Source: Toensbergia leucococca
Lineage: Eukaryota
DNA length: 64,000 nt
NCBI GenBank assembly: GCA_022813965.1
Contig: JALDZS010000004.1
Location: 186,001-250,000 of the forward strand
Reading direction: 5' to 3'
The notes beneath the pieces are model-generated. The model worked only from the letters and a program-made list of their open reading frames with translations, ran no database searches and was not told the DNA's origin. Shown here one piece after another: positions 13,472 through 24,910 of the stretch; position 1 is the first letter of the stretch, and every line of letters starts with the position of its first letter. Both the position numbers and the translations under genes were made by a program.

Positions 13472-15079
13472 CTATCGTGACTGCACTGCTGTTGAGGAAT
13501 TCGTCCCTCCTCCTTCATCCTCGGCGTTTTCATTGTCCTCTCCCTCTGGTACGTTCCTCGAAGGTCTTGAATCGGTAGAACCCTCGCGCTTGTGATTCGT
13601 GTCTGCAGGCGGACTGATGAGGATGGGCGTATTCGTCTGGCTTCCGTAATGGACAACCTGCGGAGGTGTCTGGCCCGCCTGCGTGCCTAAGAGGTGGTGA
13701 GGATAGGGATTAAGATCTTTGCTGCTGGTGGAGAAGGTGCTGACGATCGGCGGACGCTTCTCCACCCCCGTGTTGTGGCCGTTGCTGCTCTGGGCTACAT
13801 GGCCGAAACCGGATTCGGCCTGCGTGGGCGTCATGATAGACTCTGAAGGGGATGTCAGGCTTCGGTCGTCTTGTTGTTGCTCGCTGCTCAGAGACGTCCA
13901 TCCGCCTTCGATATCACGGAGGAGCCGTACGTATTCCTCGGGCACAAGTCCGGATTCGCCGGTTTTGGGATCCTCGGCCACAAGCCAGCCTTGCCCATGG
14001 CGGTAGGATACCCAGATTACTTGGCCCTCGATCAGGGGAAGTTCATTTTCGTTTTCGCGAATAAAATCAAAAAGCGCGACTGCTTTACCGTGCATTTCTT
14101 CATCGGGTGATGCAATGGTGAATTGGTAGTCCTTGGAATAGCGGGAGTCGTCATTATTGTCGTCGGGAATCCCGGAAGGGTCATCGTCGAAATCTTCTGC
14201 AGCTTTGGATTGGTTGTAGGATCTGTTGGGCAGTGTTGCTGCGAAGTGAGAATCTCGATGTCCTGGGACAGAATATGTATTTGGAGATAGCATGGAATTG
14301 CGCGCTTGATTGGGGGAGTATGTCACGTATTCGCCACCTGGTCCATTGGCACTCTGGTCTCCTTCGTTGACGTAGATAGTCTCGGCCCCATTGCCATTTG
14401 TACCTGCATAATACCCTCTCTCACCTCCTCGACTAGATGGCAATATGTTGGGTTCATGCTCTTCTCTACTATTCCTTGAACCATCTCTGCCTCCTCCCTT
14501 GCCCTGGGTTCCAACGAAAGCAGGAAACGTTGCTTTCTTCTTCTGCCGTGAGCTGACAACTACTGGACTATGTAGATCTTCATCCTCGCTGTATGGGGGC
14601 CCATCCCCAAAGACCATTTGCGGAAGTAGCTGATGAGTAAAAAAGCCATCCCCTTCCCAGGGCCCAGTGGAGTACTGTGATGTTGCGCTGTCCCATGTAG
14701 CTGTTTCCGGGTCTGATAATCTCCGTGACTTCTCGCTCGCTGGTGTCGTGACCGCTGACACTTCTGGCGGAGGGCCATAATGGTTTGGGTGAACAATAGG
14801 ATATGCAAAGTCACGGACCAGAGCATACTGGAGACTCGAATGAAAGACTGGAAACACTTGCGATGCTGGTCTTGTTCGGTTCTGCGAAGGGTTTGAAATA
14901 TTCGAGTAAGATGACATACGGCTTCTGGCGTAGGACGATGGACGCTGTGGAACTGAGCGCCTCGATGGATGGTTTGTGACCAAGGGAGGTAATGTTGAGA
15001 GATTTGAATTGACGGGAGAGGATTGAGTATGATGTTGAGAGGACGTCGGAGACGGGGATGGAGACAGTACGGCCGTCAT
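13472..15079 (-). CDS. NBP2: SH3-domain adaptor of the HOG pathway (Nbp2-like)
   Basis: 535-aa ORF with a single SH3 domain (AVALFDFIRENENELPLIEGQVIWVSYRHGQGWLVAEDPKTGESGLVPEEYV) and an upstream VRDFAYP motif typical of Nbp2 homologues. Confidence 0.8.
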   Translation of the reverse strand: MTAVLSPSPSPTSSQHHTQSSPVNSNLSTLPPLVTNHPSRRSVPQRPSSYARSRMSSYSNISNPSQNRTRPASQVFPVFHSSLQYALVRDFAYPIVHPNHYGPPPEVSAVTTPASEKSRRLSDPETATWDSATSQYSTGPWEGDGFFTHQLLPQMVFGDGPPYSEDEDLHSPVVVSSRQKKKATFPAFVGTQGKGGGRDGSRNSREEHEPNILPSSRGGERGYYAGTNGNGAETIYVNEGDQSANGPGGEYVTYSPNQARNSMLSPNTYSVPGHRDSHFAATLPNRSYNQSKAAEDFDDDPSGIPDDNNDDSRYSKDYQFTIASPDEEMHGKAVALFDFIRENENELPLIEGQVIWVSYRHGQGWLVAEDPKTGESGLVPEEYVRLLRDIEGGWTSLSSEQQQDDRSLTSPSESIMTPTQAESGFGHVAQSSNGHNTGVEKRPPIVSTFSTSSKDLNPYPHHLLGTQAGQTPPQVVHYGSQTNTPILISPPADTNHKREGSTDSRPSRNVPEGEDNENAEDEGGGTNSSTAVQSR

Positions 15080-15973
15080 GAGTATTTGTGGCGAGATCCA
15101 TATGGTGCCAGCCTCAACAAGGCTGCACCATCTGCGACACGGATGAATAAAATGGTCTGATCATTAGACGTCGTTGTTGTTGTGTTAATCGCAGATTCAT
15201 GAATGCGGACTTTGGGTCAATTTAGTCGAATGGATCTATTTTTAGGCTGTGATCACTGGCTTGTAAACAAACATTTCAATATTACAGTAATGGATGACTG
15301 CTTTTTGAAAGGAGCAACGACCAATAGCTGCATGATCGCACTCTGTTCCTAAGATTGCCCAGAGGCACGAACTGTGCGCCCTTACCATAACCATCAGACT
15401 AACTGACTACGAAGTATACCTATCAAATATACGTCATGCAATTGAATGTAAACAACTTTACATTTCAGTTCTAATACACAAGCTGTATAATTGGTCAGCC
15501 GACGGGCCGATGTTTGATGTTTCAAGATTGCGCTAGAGATAACCTTATCCAAGAGCGGACTAAAGGATGATCCTAGCGTGTTCGCTCTTCACACTAAAGA
15601 CTTTCATCACGATCTCACAGAGGAACTGATGGTACTCGTACTTTACTTGTACTCAAGAATTGCCATCACTCCAGGCAACTCATCTGGTAAGTCAAAAACT
15701 TCACTCAGTTATCCGAGAAACGTGTGATGAACTTTTTATTATTGGAGCTGTCCTATCCTTTGGGAATGAGGTCAACCACTACAAATACGCAAATTAAGAC
15801 TGACATTCGTGCAATCCCTTCTTCCTCTTCAGTATCTATTTCCCGACGCTTGTCTCCGTACTGACCAGAATTTTCATAGCCCGGAAGGCTCTTCTACTAT
15901 CCACTGCCCTAAAAAGTACCTTGAGTTAGCTGCTTATCTGTCCACAGCCAACTGCTACTCTTCTCAATACATA

Positions 15974-17104
15974 ATGGCCACAGACCCTCGACTGGCGCGC
16001 GCAGCGCCGCGGACTGCCACTCCTCCTCTACCTCCTCCGCCTCCACCACCGCTGGAAGCAAAGCCTCAGCAAAAGGTACCGGGAGGTTATGATGGGACTG
16101 ACGATGAAGAAGCACAAGATGACGGTGCCCCGAGAGACGACGGTGGCTTCAAATTGAAGTTTTGTACTGTATGCGCCAGTAATCAGAATAGGTGTGCAAT
16201 CCCTTGAGAGTCCTGTGCAATTTTATTCCATACTCAATCGCTTGTCGACACCTTAAATGCATGCCAGTAGAGTATTCACCAACGCATTTCAAAATCGAGT
16301 TATACCATCTGAAGAACAGTATCCATCAGAATACTAGATAATTTTCTGAAAAGGCACAATGAAATTTGGATTTATCACGTCTTTCGATTTCAAATATGCA
16401 ACCCACTCAAAGCCTATCTAGGTAACATTTCCACGCGCGCACACACAAGCTGACTCCTTTGAGCACCTAGATCAATGGTAGCTCATCTTCGCCTGTCCCT
16501 AGCCTCCTATCCCGTCATATCCTTCGGCACCGGCTCTCTCGTCCGCCTCCCCGGGCCATCCATTAACCTACCAAACGTTTATCCATTCAACAGCGTCTCC
16601 TACTCGCAAATGTATAATGAGCTCTCCACCAAAGACTCACGCCTTTACCGCCAAAATGGTGTACTTGCCATGGTTGATCGCAACCAGTCGGTGAAATGGG
16701 GCCCTGAACGCTGGCAAGACTGGCCCGTTGGAAAACCGCGCCTAGAGCATAAAGCAGATATGGGTAGCAAAGGTGTAGAAGGTGGCGTGGTGGATGTGGT
16801 CATTACTTGCGAGGAGAGATGCTGGGATGCGGTTGTGAATAATCTAATAGAGCGAGGCAGTCCGTTGAATCGACCGGTCCATATCATCAACGTGGACATT
16901 AAGGATAATCATGAGGAGGCGCTGGTAGGAGGAAGGGCAATTCTGGACTTGGCTGATTCGTTGAATGCAGCTGCGAGAGAGGAGAGGGATGGAAAAGGTG
17001 AAAATGGGAGCAGCAGCTTCGATTCAAGAGTGCCTGAAATTCTGGCCGAATGGCAGGAAAGGTGGCCGCAATTACCTGCGCTATGGACTTTGGGTTGGTT
17101 TTGA
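15974..17104 (+). CDS. SSU72: RNA polymerase II CTD phosphatase Ssu72; exons 15974-16191 and 16471-17104
   Basis: Catalytic CX5R motif (VCASNQNRS) split by intron 16192-16470; motifs [20 protein letters not shown] and [11 protein letters not shown]. Confidence 0.93.
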
Positions 17105-18415
17105 CGGAGCAGTTTGGACATACTCAAAAAAATATACACGTCGACTTATCCGTGGCTGACACTGGAGACGACAGTGGCCTCGATTGAAAATGAAAGAGGA
17201 ATGTCATGCCGGTCTCGAGTGTACCACTTACTGGTGCAACTTGTCTATTACCTAGGCACGAGCAAAAATCGTGACTCAAGACTGGATGCTGTTGGTATCT
17301 GTCGTCCAGGACTCTACTCAGGCGATACCCAAGATCTCCCGTCTTCATCAAACGAGGAGAGCCACGACAGCGGCTCGAGATTGCCGGGACAAAGCTCGAC
17401 ATGATCCAAGGTGTTCACGCAAGCATCAGCAATTTCAATGTCAGTGGCAAAAGTCACCAGCCATAATGGATCCAACATCGAGAAGGCGTCCTCGTCCTTT
17501 TGAGCAGCCAGAGTTTCATTAATCTTGTATAAATTTAGCTGTCAAAGGCACGTGGTGTTTGGGTCAAGGGAAGTTGATATTCCCAAGGGGAGTTTGAGTG
17601 CTGTGATATGGTTAAGTTCCTGCATCAACGTGTTTTCGGGGAATTGAAGTGGGGGTGAGTGAGATGCAGGGGGGACATGTACATACTCTCCTATTGTAGA
17701 GCGTAGAACCGAATTCAAGGGTATGGAAAGCTAGCCTTCAAAGCTACAGACTTCGCAGTGGAAATGACTTATCGACTCGACTTACCGGAAAATGCTCCGT
17801 TCTTCACATGAGGACGACGCGGGTCGCGTTCCATGGCCAAATCCTGAAATGTCACGTATCCTTGCAAATACGGCTAGTTCGAAATATTCTACTTGGTAAG
17901 TACCCCTGCTCGCCCTACTCAGAGCCTCAATTAGATGTTCAGGACTTGATGGCTTTTGCTTCCCTTACATGTCGTAGGAGTGTGGGAAATTTACTGTCGT
18001 TGTCCAAATTGTATGTCTAAATGGCAGCCCTCGTAACAAGGGTTTTGATACGGGTACATTGATGGCGGTCTTGTCCCAAGCCGTCGTCTGCTTTGCTTGT
18101 CCTACCGCCGTTGAGACTTATTGTAGGATCTAGAGCGCCGGTACCGTAAGCGCGACGATCATTGGCTACCGCCTGATTAATCTCAAGGCAAAAAGGGGAG
18201 GGCCTTATGAAGTAATAAAATAAGGAGCAACACCCCTACGACATTCTTTTACCTCCTCGACCACTCTGTACCTTGATCTTGGCATCTTTGCAGCACCTCA
18301 CTTTCAGCTTCAGGTGGCCCTCAGTAGTTCGTGCGCATCTGAGGCCACATTCGCGACACCAGCTGTACACTCACTTACACACGTCTTAGCATTTCTCTTT
18401 GCATTAAGTCTTGAT

Positions 18416-21259
18416 ATGAATGGTCGTTCGGGCCCACTTTCGCCAGCTTCAGTTGAGGGCAGTGAATGGTCTGGCATATCCCGTTACCAGAACGCAGAAC
18501 AATCTTCTTATTCACCCTCCATTTCCACCCACCATCGCGCCAACCTAATTACTCCTCCAACCTCTGCATCGTCAAATAGTATCAATGGAAATCTACCCAC
18601 CGGCATGAATCGCAGGCCCAGCGACCATCCGGGCAATCCCTCCCCGCCCAGCTCCATCGCTCGTTCAAGCAATGGCACAAGCCTATCGGACTCACAGACG
18701 AGGAAAGCTTTGATCATGGAAGAGACCTTGTCGCATCACTATGTTGTATTCAAACGATACCACGCGCAAACTCTACGCGATGACAAAGGGAATGCAAGAC
18801 CGAATAGAGCAAGAGACAAATTATTACGACTATCGCCTGTGCAATTTCAAGAGCTGAGCACTGATGTCTATGACGAACTCTTGCGAAGACAAACCGCTAC
18901 GGGACAGCAAACAAACGGCTCTGGTCATGTGCCTACGTATTTGCTGCCCAAGGACAATTTCCACCCTAAGCGCAACCAGGCACGCCAAAAGCTCTCTACC
19001 TTACCCCCTCAAAAGTTCCGAGAATTAGCAACAGACGTTTTCTATGAGCTTGAGCGTCGATTTCCCAAATTTGCTGGAGGAGACATGGAAAGGGCGGGAA
19101 GTCCCGCAAATAGTACAAGATGCCCACCAAGTCGACAGGGAACCCCAAACGGCATCAGGCCAGGCTCAAGAGGACAAGGGCAGTCAAGACCCGGACCAGG
19201 CCCTCCGCCAGGCCACCAACCTAGAAATGGATCGTTGGGAAGCCAAGTCTTTGCTGGACTAGGTATACCTGGCGTAGGGGGACCGGATGACGCCTATGGC
19301 AGACCTACCGCAAAAACATTTCAAAGTAGCACGATAATTCCCAACAAGAGCAGACTCGTAGAAGATGACGATGATCAGACGGGGCCAGAAGATAACGAAG
19401 ATGCCCGGAGTGCCATAGTAATCGGCGGGGCTGAGAGCAAAAGGAGGATGATTGCCGAATTTCAGGGCCAGGTTGCCGAGTTGCAAGAAAGAGTCAATGA
19501 TATGGAAATGAAGGTTCAGGATAAAAACATGGAAATTGAAAGGCTTCAGGACGCGCACAGAAGCAAGGAGAATGTAAGTGCTCAACAACCTTTTTCTTTG
19601 ACTGAGTCAGTCTGACGATACCTCCATTCAGGCTGGTGGAGTAGAACGAAGCGAATGGGCAGAGCTGCGATCAGATCTCCAAAGCAAACTCACCAACGCT
19701 CTCAACCTAAATAGCAATCTACAGACGGAGCTTGAAAAGGTCAGAACACATCATGCAAGCACTGAACGTGAGATGCGATCGCAGATCGACAGGGCAGCAA
19801 GGCAAGGTGGGAACGATGATGAGTGGAAGATTCGCTACGAAGAACTTGAAAAAGATCACCAGGAATTGCAGATGGAAGTTCGCGAGCAAGAACAGATCAC
19901 GAATGAGGTCAAATTGGAAGCAGCTGCGTTCCTCAGCGAGATGAAGGCACTTTCTGATCGCAGCAACCAGAATTGGGAGCGAGAGGAGAAGCTATCAAAC
20001 CAGGTTCACAAGCTCGAGAATGAACTCAAGGAGTGGAAGGATCGGTATACTCGAACAAAAACCCAGCTTCGTACACTGCGCGCTTCATCCCTAGGTTTGT
20101 CAATACAGCAACCAGACACTGGCTTCTATATCAATGATGGAGGGTGCACGCAGTCAGATGGCTTGGTCAAGGAAGTTCACGTCACGAAGTTCCAAATCGC
20201 TGTCGACGAACTACTTCGAAGTGCACGATCAGCCGAGCCAAATTCCGTGATTGACTACGTCAAGTCTGTAGTCGTCGCGATTCGACACATCACCCTCGAC
20301 ATTGGTGATACCAAGCCAATCAACGATGATCTAGGAGAGCAGAGGATTAAAATTAAATCAAGAGTCTCTGCTACAGCAAACAACCTAATTACCGCTTCGA
20401 AAAACTTTGCATCCTCCAACGGATTATCGCCAGTGTCTTTACTCGATGCGGCAGCCTCACACCTAGCAGTTGCCGTAGTGGAACTCATTCGAACGGTCAA
20501 GATTCGGCCAACTCCGGCAGATGAACTCGAGGACGACTATGACGATGGCAGTCTACTGATAGACTCTCCGGGACCATACGGCGTCCAACACGCTAGAATG
20601 AGCGCTTACGAATCCATATACAGCTCATTGAGTTCTCCTGAACCGCATGCACTGCCCTCTGTTGCCCAAGGGAAGGATCTATGGGGTGCCCGAAAATTAT
20701 GGACTTCAAACGGTATGCCGAATGGCAAGGAGCCCGGCTCTACGTCGCGGCCGGATTATAGTACGCGACCGCAAGACAGCGATATCGAAGAGCTAAAGGT
20801 AAGAATTTTAATTTCCCGTAGCATTATGATCCATCAAATGCTAACAACTCCCAGATCTTCCTCGAAGACCAAACCGAAGCACTAGTCCACTCAATCCAGT
20901 CTCTTGTCGGCAGCATCCGCGCCGAAGACAACCCGGCCGTCATAAGAGAACAGATTGGCGACATCGCATCCATTGTCGGCAAAGTGGTCGCGGAAACCCA
21001 GCACGCCAGCACCGAGACCCGCAACGCCAACTTGCAGCATCGTGCGGAGCCAGTCATCAGCACCCTCGCTGATTGTCGGACGAGACTGCTAGATGCGAGT
21101 GTCGAGGGCGAAGGTATCAGGGACGCGGCTGCTTGGAAGAGCTTTACGAACAAATTGCCTCCGTTGGCGTTTGAGGTGGCGCGGGAGACGAAGGAGTTGG
21201 TGCAGAGGGTTGATTTGGTTGGGGAGGAAGGGGGTGGTGATGTTGGTGATGATTTCTGA
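18416..21259 (+). CDS. SPA2: Polarisome scaffold Spa2/SpaA
   Basis: Two Spa2-homology (GIT) repeats (ARDKLLRLSPVQFQELSTDVYDELLRR; RNQARQKLSTL...FRELATDVFYELERR), a coiled coil, and a C-terminal VSATANNLITASKN...SPVSLLDAAASHL and LPPLAFEVARETKELV. Introns 19574-19631 and ~20799-20855. Confidence 0.9.
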
Positions 21260-21685
21260 AAACGGGAATCATTGATGGTGGTGGCTTCTTCTTTTTTTTC
21301 TTTTGATCTTTCCAGCATATAACCCTTCTTTTCCTCTCTTTTCTCCCTGGCTTTTCCCCGTCTTCGCCACGCTTTGCATCCGGGCTGATCGGGGTTCGGG
21401 CTTTTTATGCATCCGGGTGGTCTTCTCTCGCATACGTCTTCTAGAATATCAAGGGGGTTTTTTATTTGGCTTACTGGGCTGGTTGGTGGGCTTGGCCTGT
21501 TACGATGCCCGCGGAGGCCGGGGAGAGAATACATCGTACTTCGAAAAAAGGAATTTCAAAAAGTAAAAAGCTTCCCTTCATACCCCTTCTAGTTCCCATA
21601 CAGCCTTGGGTTTTTTTGATATCAGTACACCCACCCCCCCTGCATTTTCCATAGTCGTGCCACCCCGCTCCCCCCTTTTCAGATT

Positions 21686-22920
21686 ACCTAGGCAAGCGTG
21701 AAAGGCTGGATGCGAGGCGTTTCTGGTACTGTGCCTGATGAAGAAAAGAGTGCGTGTTTTTGCTGTATGGCCTAGGTAGGGACCCACTTTGTTCGCATGT
21801 AACATTTCGAACACTTTGGTGAGATTTTTTTTTTTTGGGCTACTGATGTATGGACGCCCCCTTTTTGATAACAAGGACACCCTCTCTCGGGCGCAATACC
21901 ACCGAGGGAAATCCTTATCCTTCTGCACCACATCTTGCCTCGGTTCCCCACCACCATGCAAGCCATTTCACTTGTTCTATTTGCGTGGCCATCTAGAAGC
22001 CACAATTACCTGAGAGAAAAAAACCATGCTTTTGTACCACATCCTGAGTTGATTTCCCTCACCCCCGGGCCGCACGATCACCCCCCGGGCGCAAAAAACA
22101 TCATGGTTTTGCAAGCTATCTACCTCCTTTCAAAATCTTGAAATACTCTGTTTATCCACAGGCACGGTGACGTTCACATTCGCTTCTGCATCTCGCCCTC
22201 ACTCTCCCCCTCGCCCTCGCCCTCCACCTCGCCCTTCACCTCTAGGTCTCATTCCACCCCCCTGACCCCGGGGTCCTCTTCCACGCAAGGCCGCCGCCTG
22301 CTCTACCCTCTTAAATTGAGACAGTTCTCTGTGTACCTCTATCAAACGTCTGTTGTTGTCTCTCACCCTGAGGTCGATTGAGGGCTCCTGTAGGACGGTC
22401 ACGGGGGTGAGCAACAGCGGGATCCTGAATCGATAGTAGAAGATCTATCTCAGGGGGGTGGAGGTGTGTTCATCCTAAGAAGGACGGTGAAATCACCACT
22501 TCACATGCACATAAGATTTCCCTCAGTGATCATGCGCCCGAGGGGGAAGGGAAGGGGGGTGTCCTTGTATCAAAAGGGGGTGTCCTGGTATCAATTCCCT
22601 TTTTTTTTCTTCCACTCCGAAAGACCGAGTAGTGATTCCATCGGCCGAAGCTTTTTCTTCACAGTGACGAATGTGTGAAAAAACAAGTGCCATTGTTGGC
22701 TGTCCTTGGCTGTCTTTCGTTTGTGTTGGTACAGGAATTTGGTCGGCAAATTGCAAGGTCACCCTCTGATCCTAACCTAAAAATAAAAAAAATAATCGCA
22801 AGTAGCTGGAGGTCCCTCTTCCCTCCGATGCAAGAAGGGATCTAGTCGAGAGCGACCATGAACCTCACTCGTAAACTTGGGCGGTTCTTGGTATTGAACC
22901 GGGAAGTGAAAGTTTGAGGC
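21686..22920. ncRNA. Unidentified, extensively self-complementary non-coding region (candidate structured RNA; G.U pairs mostly favour +)
   Basis: No credible ORF. Nested long-range complementarity 21778-21784/22811-22817, 21823-21839/22776-22797 and ~21845-21918/22511-22592, plus local hairpins. Confidence 0.45.
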
Positions 22921-23432
22921 AATGTTAGCAAATATACCCACCCGATCGATTGTTGGATTTGGTATTGAAGCTGGTTCGAGGAATACTTTGAGCTAGATCC
23001 GAAGATGAGCTAATTGTCCACCGCGATTTATACTCCAAAGTATCAAAGAAGGTGAGAAGCCGCCCGCTGAAACTTCAGCCAAGGGAGGAATTTCTTGCAA
23101 ATGCTCATGTCTCTGTGCGCCGACACCTGGGTCAGGCTACAGTCTCGGACAGCCGTAAGAAGCTTTGTGCCACTGTAATTGATGAATGCATATACACATC
23201 ATTTTGAACTTCGGTTCATGACTGCACCGCTCCTCAGTTCGTAAAGATTGGAAGAATCTTTCGCTAAAGGAGTTCTATCCACAGTGAAATTCCAAACCAA
23301 TCAGGCAGCAAAGTACGCAGCCTGTAACAGTCTTCCTGTATGCGGACTTGCCGAAGCAACATCGTTTTCTAATTGTTTTTATAAGTTTTTGTGGAATTTG
23401 GTCGTTGATACTCTTGCTCAGAAGTCCTAGAA

Positions 23433-24910
23433 CTAAGCCCTCACCACGTCGAACCCGATTTTCATTTCTCTACAAAGAATTTTGACGAAGCACAATATGC
23501 TTCGTATGTCTTCTGACCACTCCATATACGGAATGTACTTGATCTGTATGCTGTTCAGGTAGGGTACGTGGCTCGCATGAAGCAGCTGAAAGCCCGTAAA
23601 AACGTCTCTCGTTGCGTCAAGAATGTTCACATGTCGAGGAGGAGGTCCCTCATCCACGTAAAACTTCCCGTCACCTTCATGGGAGATCCAGAAAACCAAG
23701 TTTTCAAGACTACATGGAAGATAGTCAATTAATCGCTTTACGCGGAATAATCCACTATGGGTCGATCGCACAAAACATGTAAGGCTAACTTCGATTGTTT
23801 TCAAGGCTCGATAGCCCCGGAACACATCATTGTCCAGACGCATTCCATATCTATGGTATTGACACTGCAATCTCAACTCCTCAAGGCAATTGCCACGTTG
23901 GGCTCTCAAATCGTGAAGGAACTCATTCAAATAGTTGTCTGGCGACACAATCTTTAGAGTAATAGACCGCAGCTGCTTCATGCAGTACATCAATTGGCGA
24001 GGCAATTCTCTGTTATCGAAATCGGAATTGAGGTGAGTAGGGATCCAGCAATCGTTATATTGAAATTTCACGATTGTCGGTAATTCCAGGTTACTGGGCA
24101 AAACGGTGTATTCAAACTCACCGTCGTGGTCAATCTCAAGTTCTTGAAAGTGCGGTAGAACTGAGGCCGAGCGAAGCCAATAGAAATTGTGAACAAGATG
24201 ATTGACTGGAATTAACAACTTGAGCCTCCGTAGCGCTGAGAGGGGAACTTTATTGCTCAGATGGTATTCCAATCGACTTTCACAAGGATGAGGGATATCT
24301 TGGCATTCCCGGACTTGTTGAATTGCGGCTGCAAATTTTTCGATCATCTTGATCGTTTCCGATAGCTCTAAGTCGAGGCGAATTGATAGAGCTTGAAGGT
24401 TTGGAAGAAGAGTGAGCAAAAAGCCATTACAGAAATCGTGTCGGCCGCGGATCAGAGACTTCAGTCGCTCTTGTTTTTCCTCAGTCGAATACCAGGGCGA
24501 CGCTCATCAATCAGCTTGCGTCGACCTTGAAAGAAGCGTGACTTACTGAGGAATATGTCAATTAATTCTTGCGTAGCAGGTGGCCTCAAAGGTCGTCCCT
24601 CCCGGCCCCAGTCATCCTCTTCCTCATCCTCGGTCTCATCCTCAACATCAACCGACAGTGAAGCCCGAAAAGTGTAACGTCTAAGAACGAGTGGTAGTTC
24701 AGGATACATAGAAAGTAGATTAAGAGGTACTGGGTGTAAGATCTCGCCATGACGATAAAGACGGCGTTTCGCATCTGATAATTTACTGAGTTTCCTAGTA
24801 GACAAGTATCGCAATTTATGGTTTACGGTAACAAGACGCAAGAAGTCATCTGGCGGCACAACATTGATAATTGCAAGTAAAATCTCATTCGGCAAATGGT
24901 TGAAATGCAT
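23433..24910 (-). CDS. F-box-like protein, divergent
   Basis: N-terminal F-box pattern (FNHLPNEILLAIINVVPPDDFLRLVTVNHKLR) and a downstream LLTLLPNLQAL/leucine-rich region. The two ORFs join in frame if 24503-24546 (GTAAGT...GCTGAT..GAG) is a 44-nt intron. Confidence 0.65.

Noticed and set aside
21692..21745. CTGATGA (hammerhead core / box C) and GCGTGA (U3 box B-like) around an AGGC/GCCT stem
   Set aside because: There is no stem II-GAAA-stem III for a hammerhead, and no U3 box A or correctly placed box D. At most a possible kink-turn.
22771..22780. CCTAACCTAA as a TTAGG-type telomerase template in the second structured region
   Set aside because: It lies partly within a predicted helix near the distal end, and no pseudoknot follows it.
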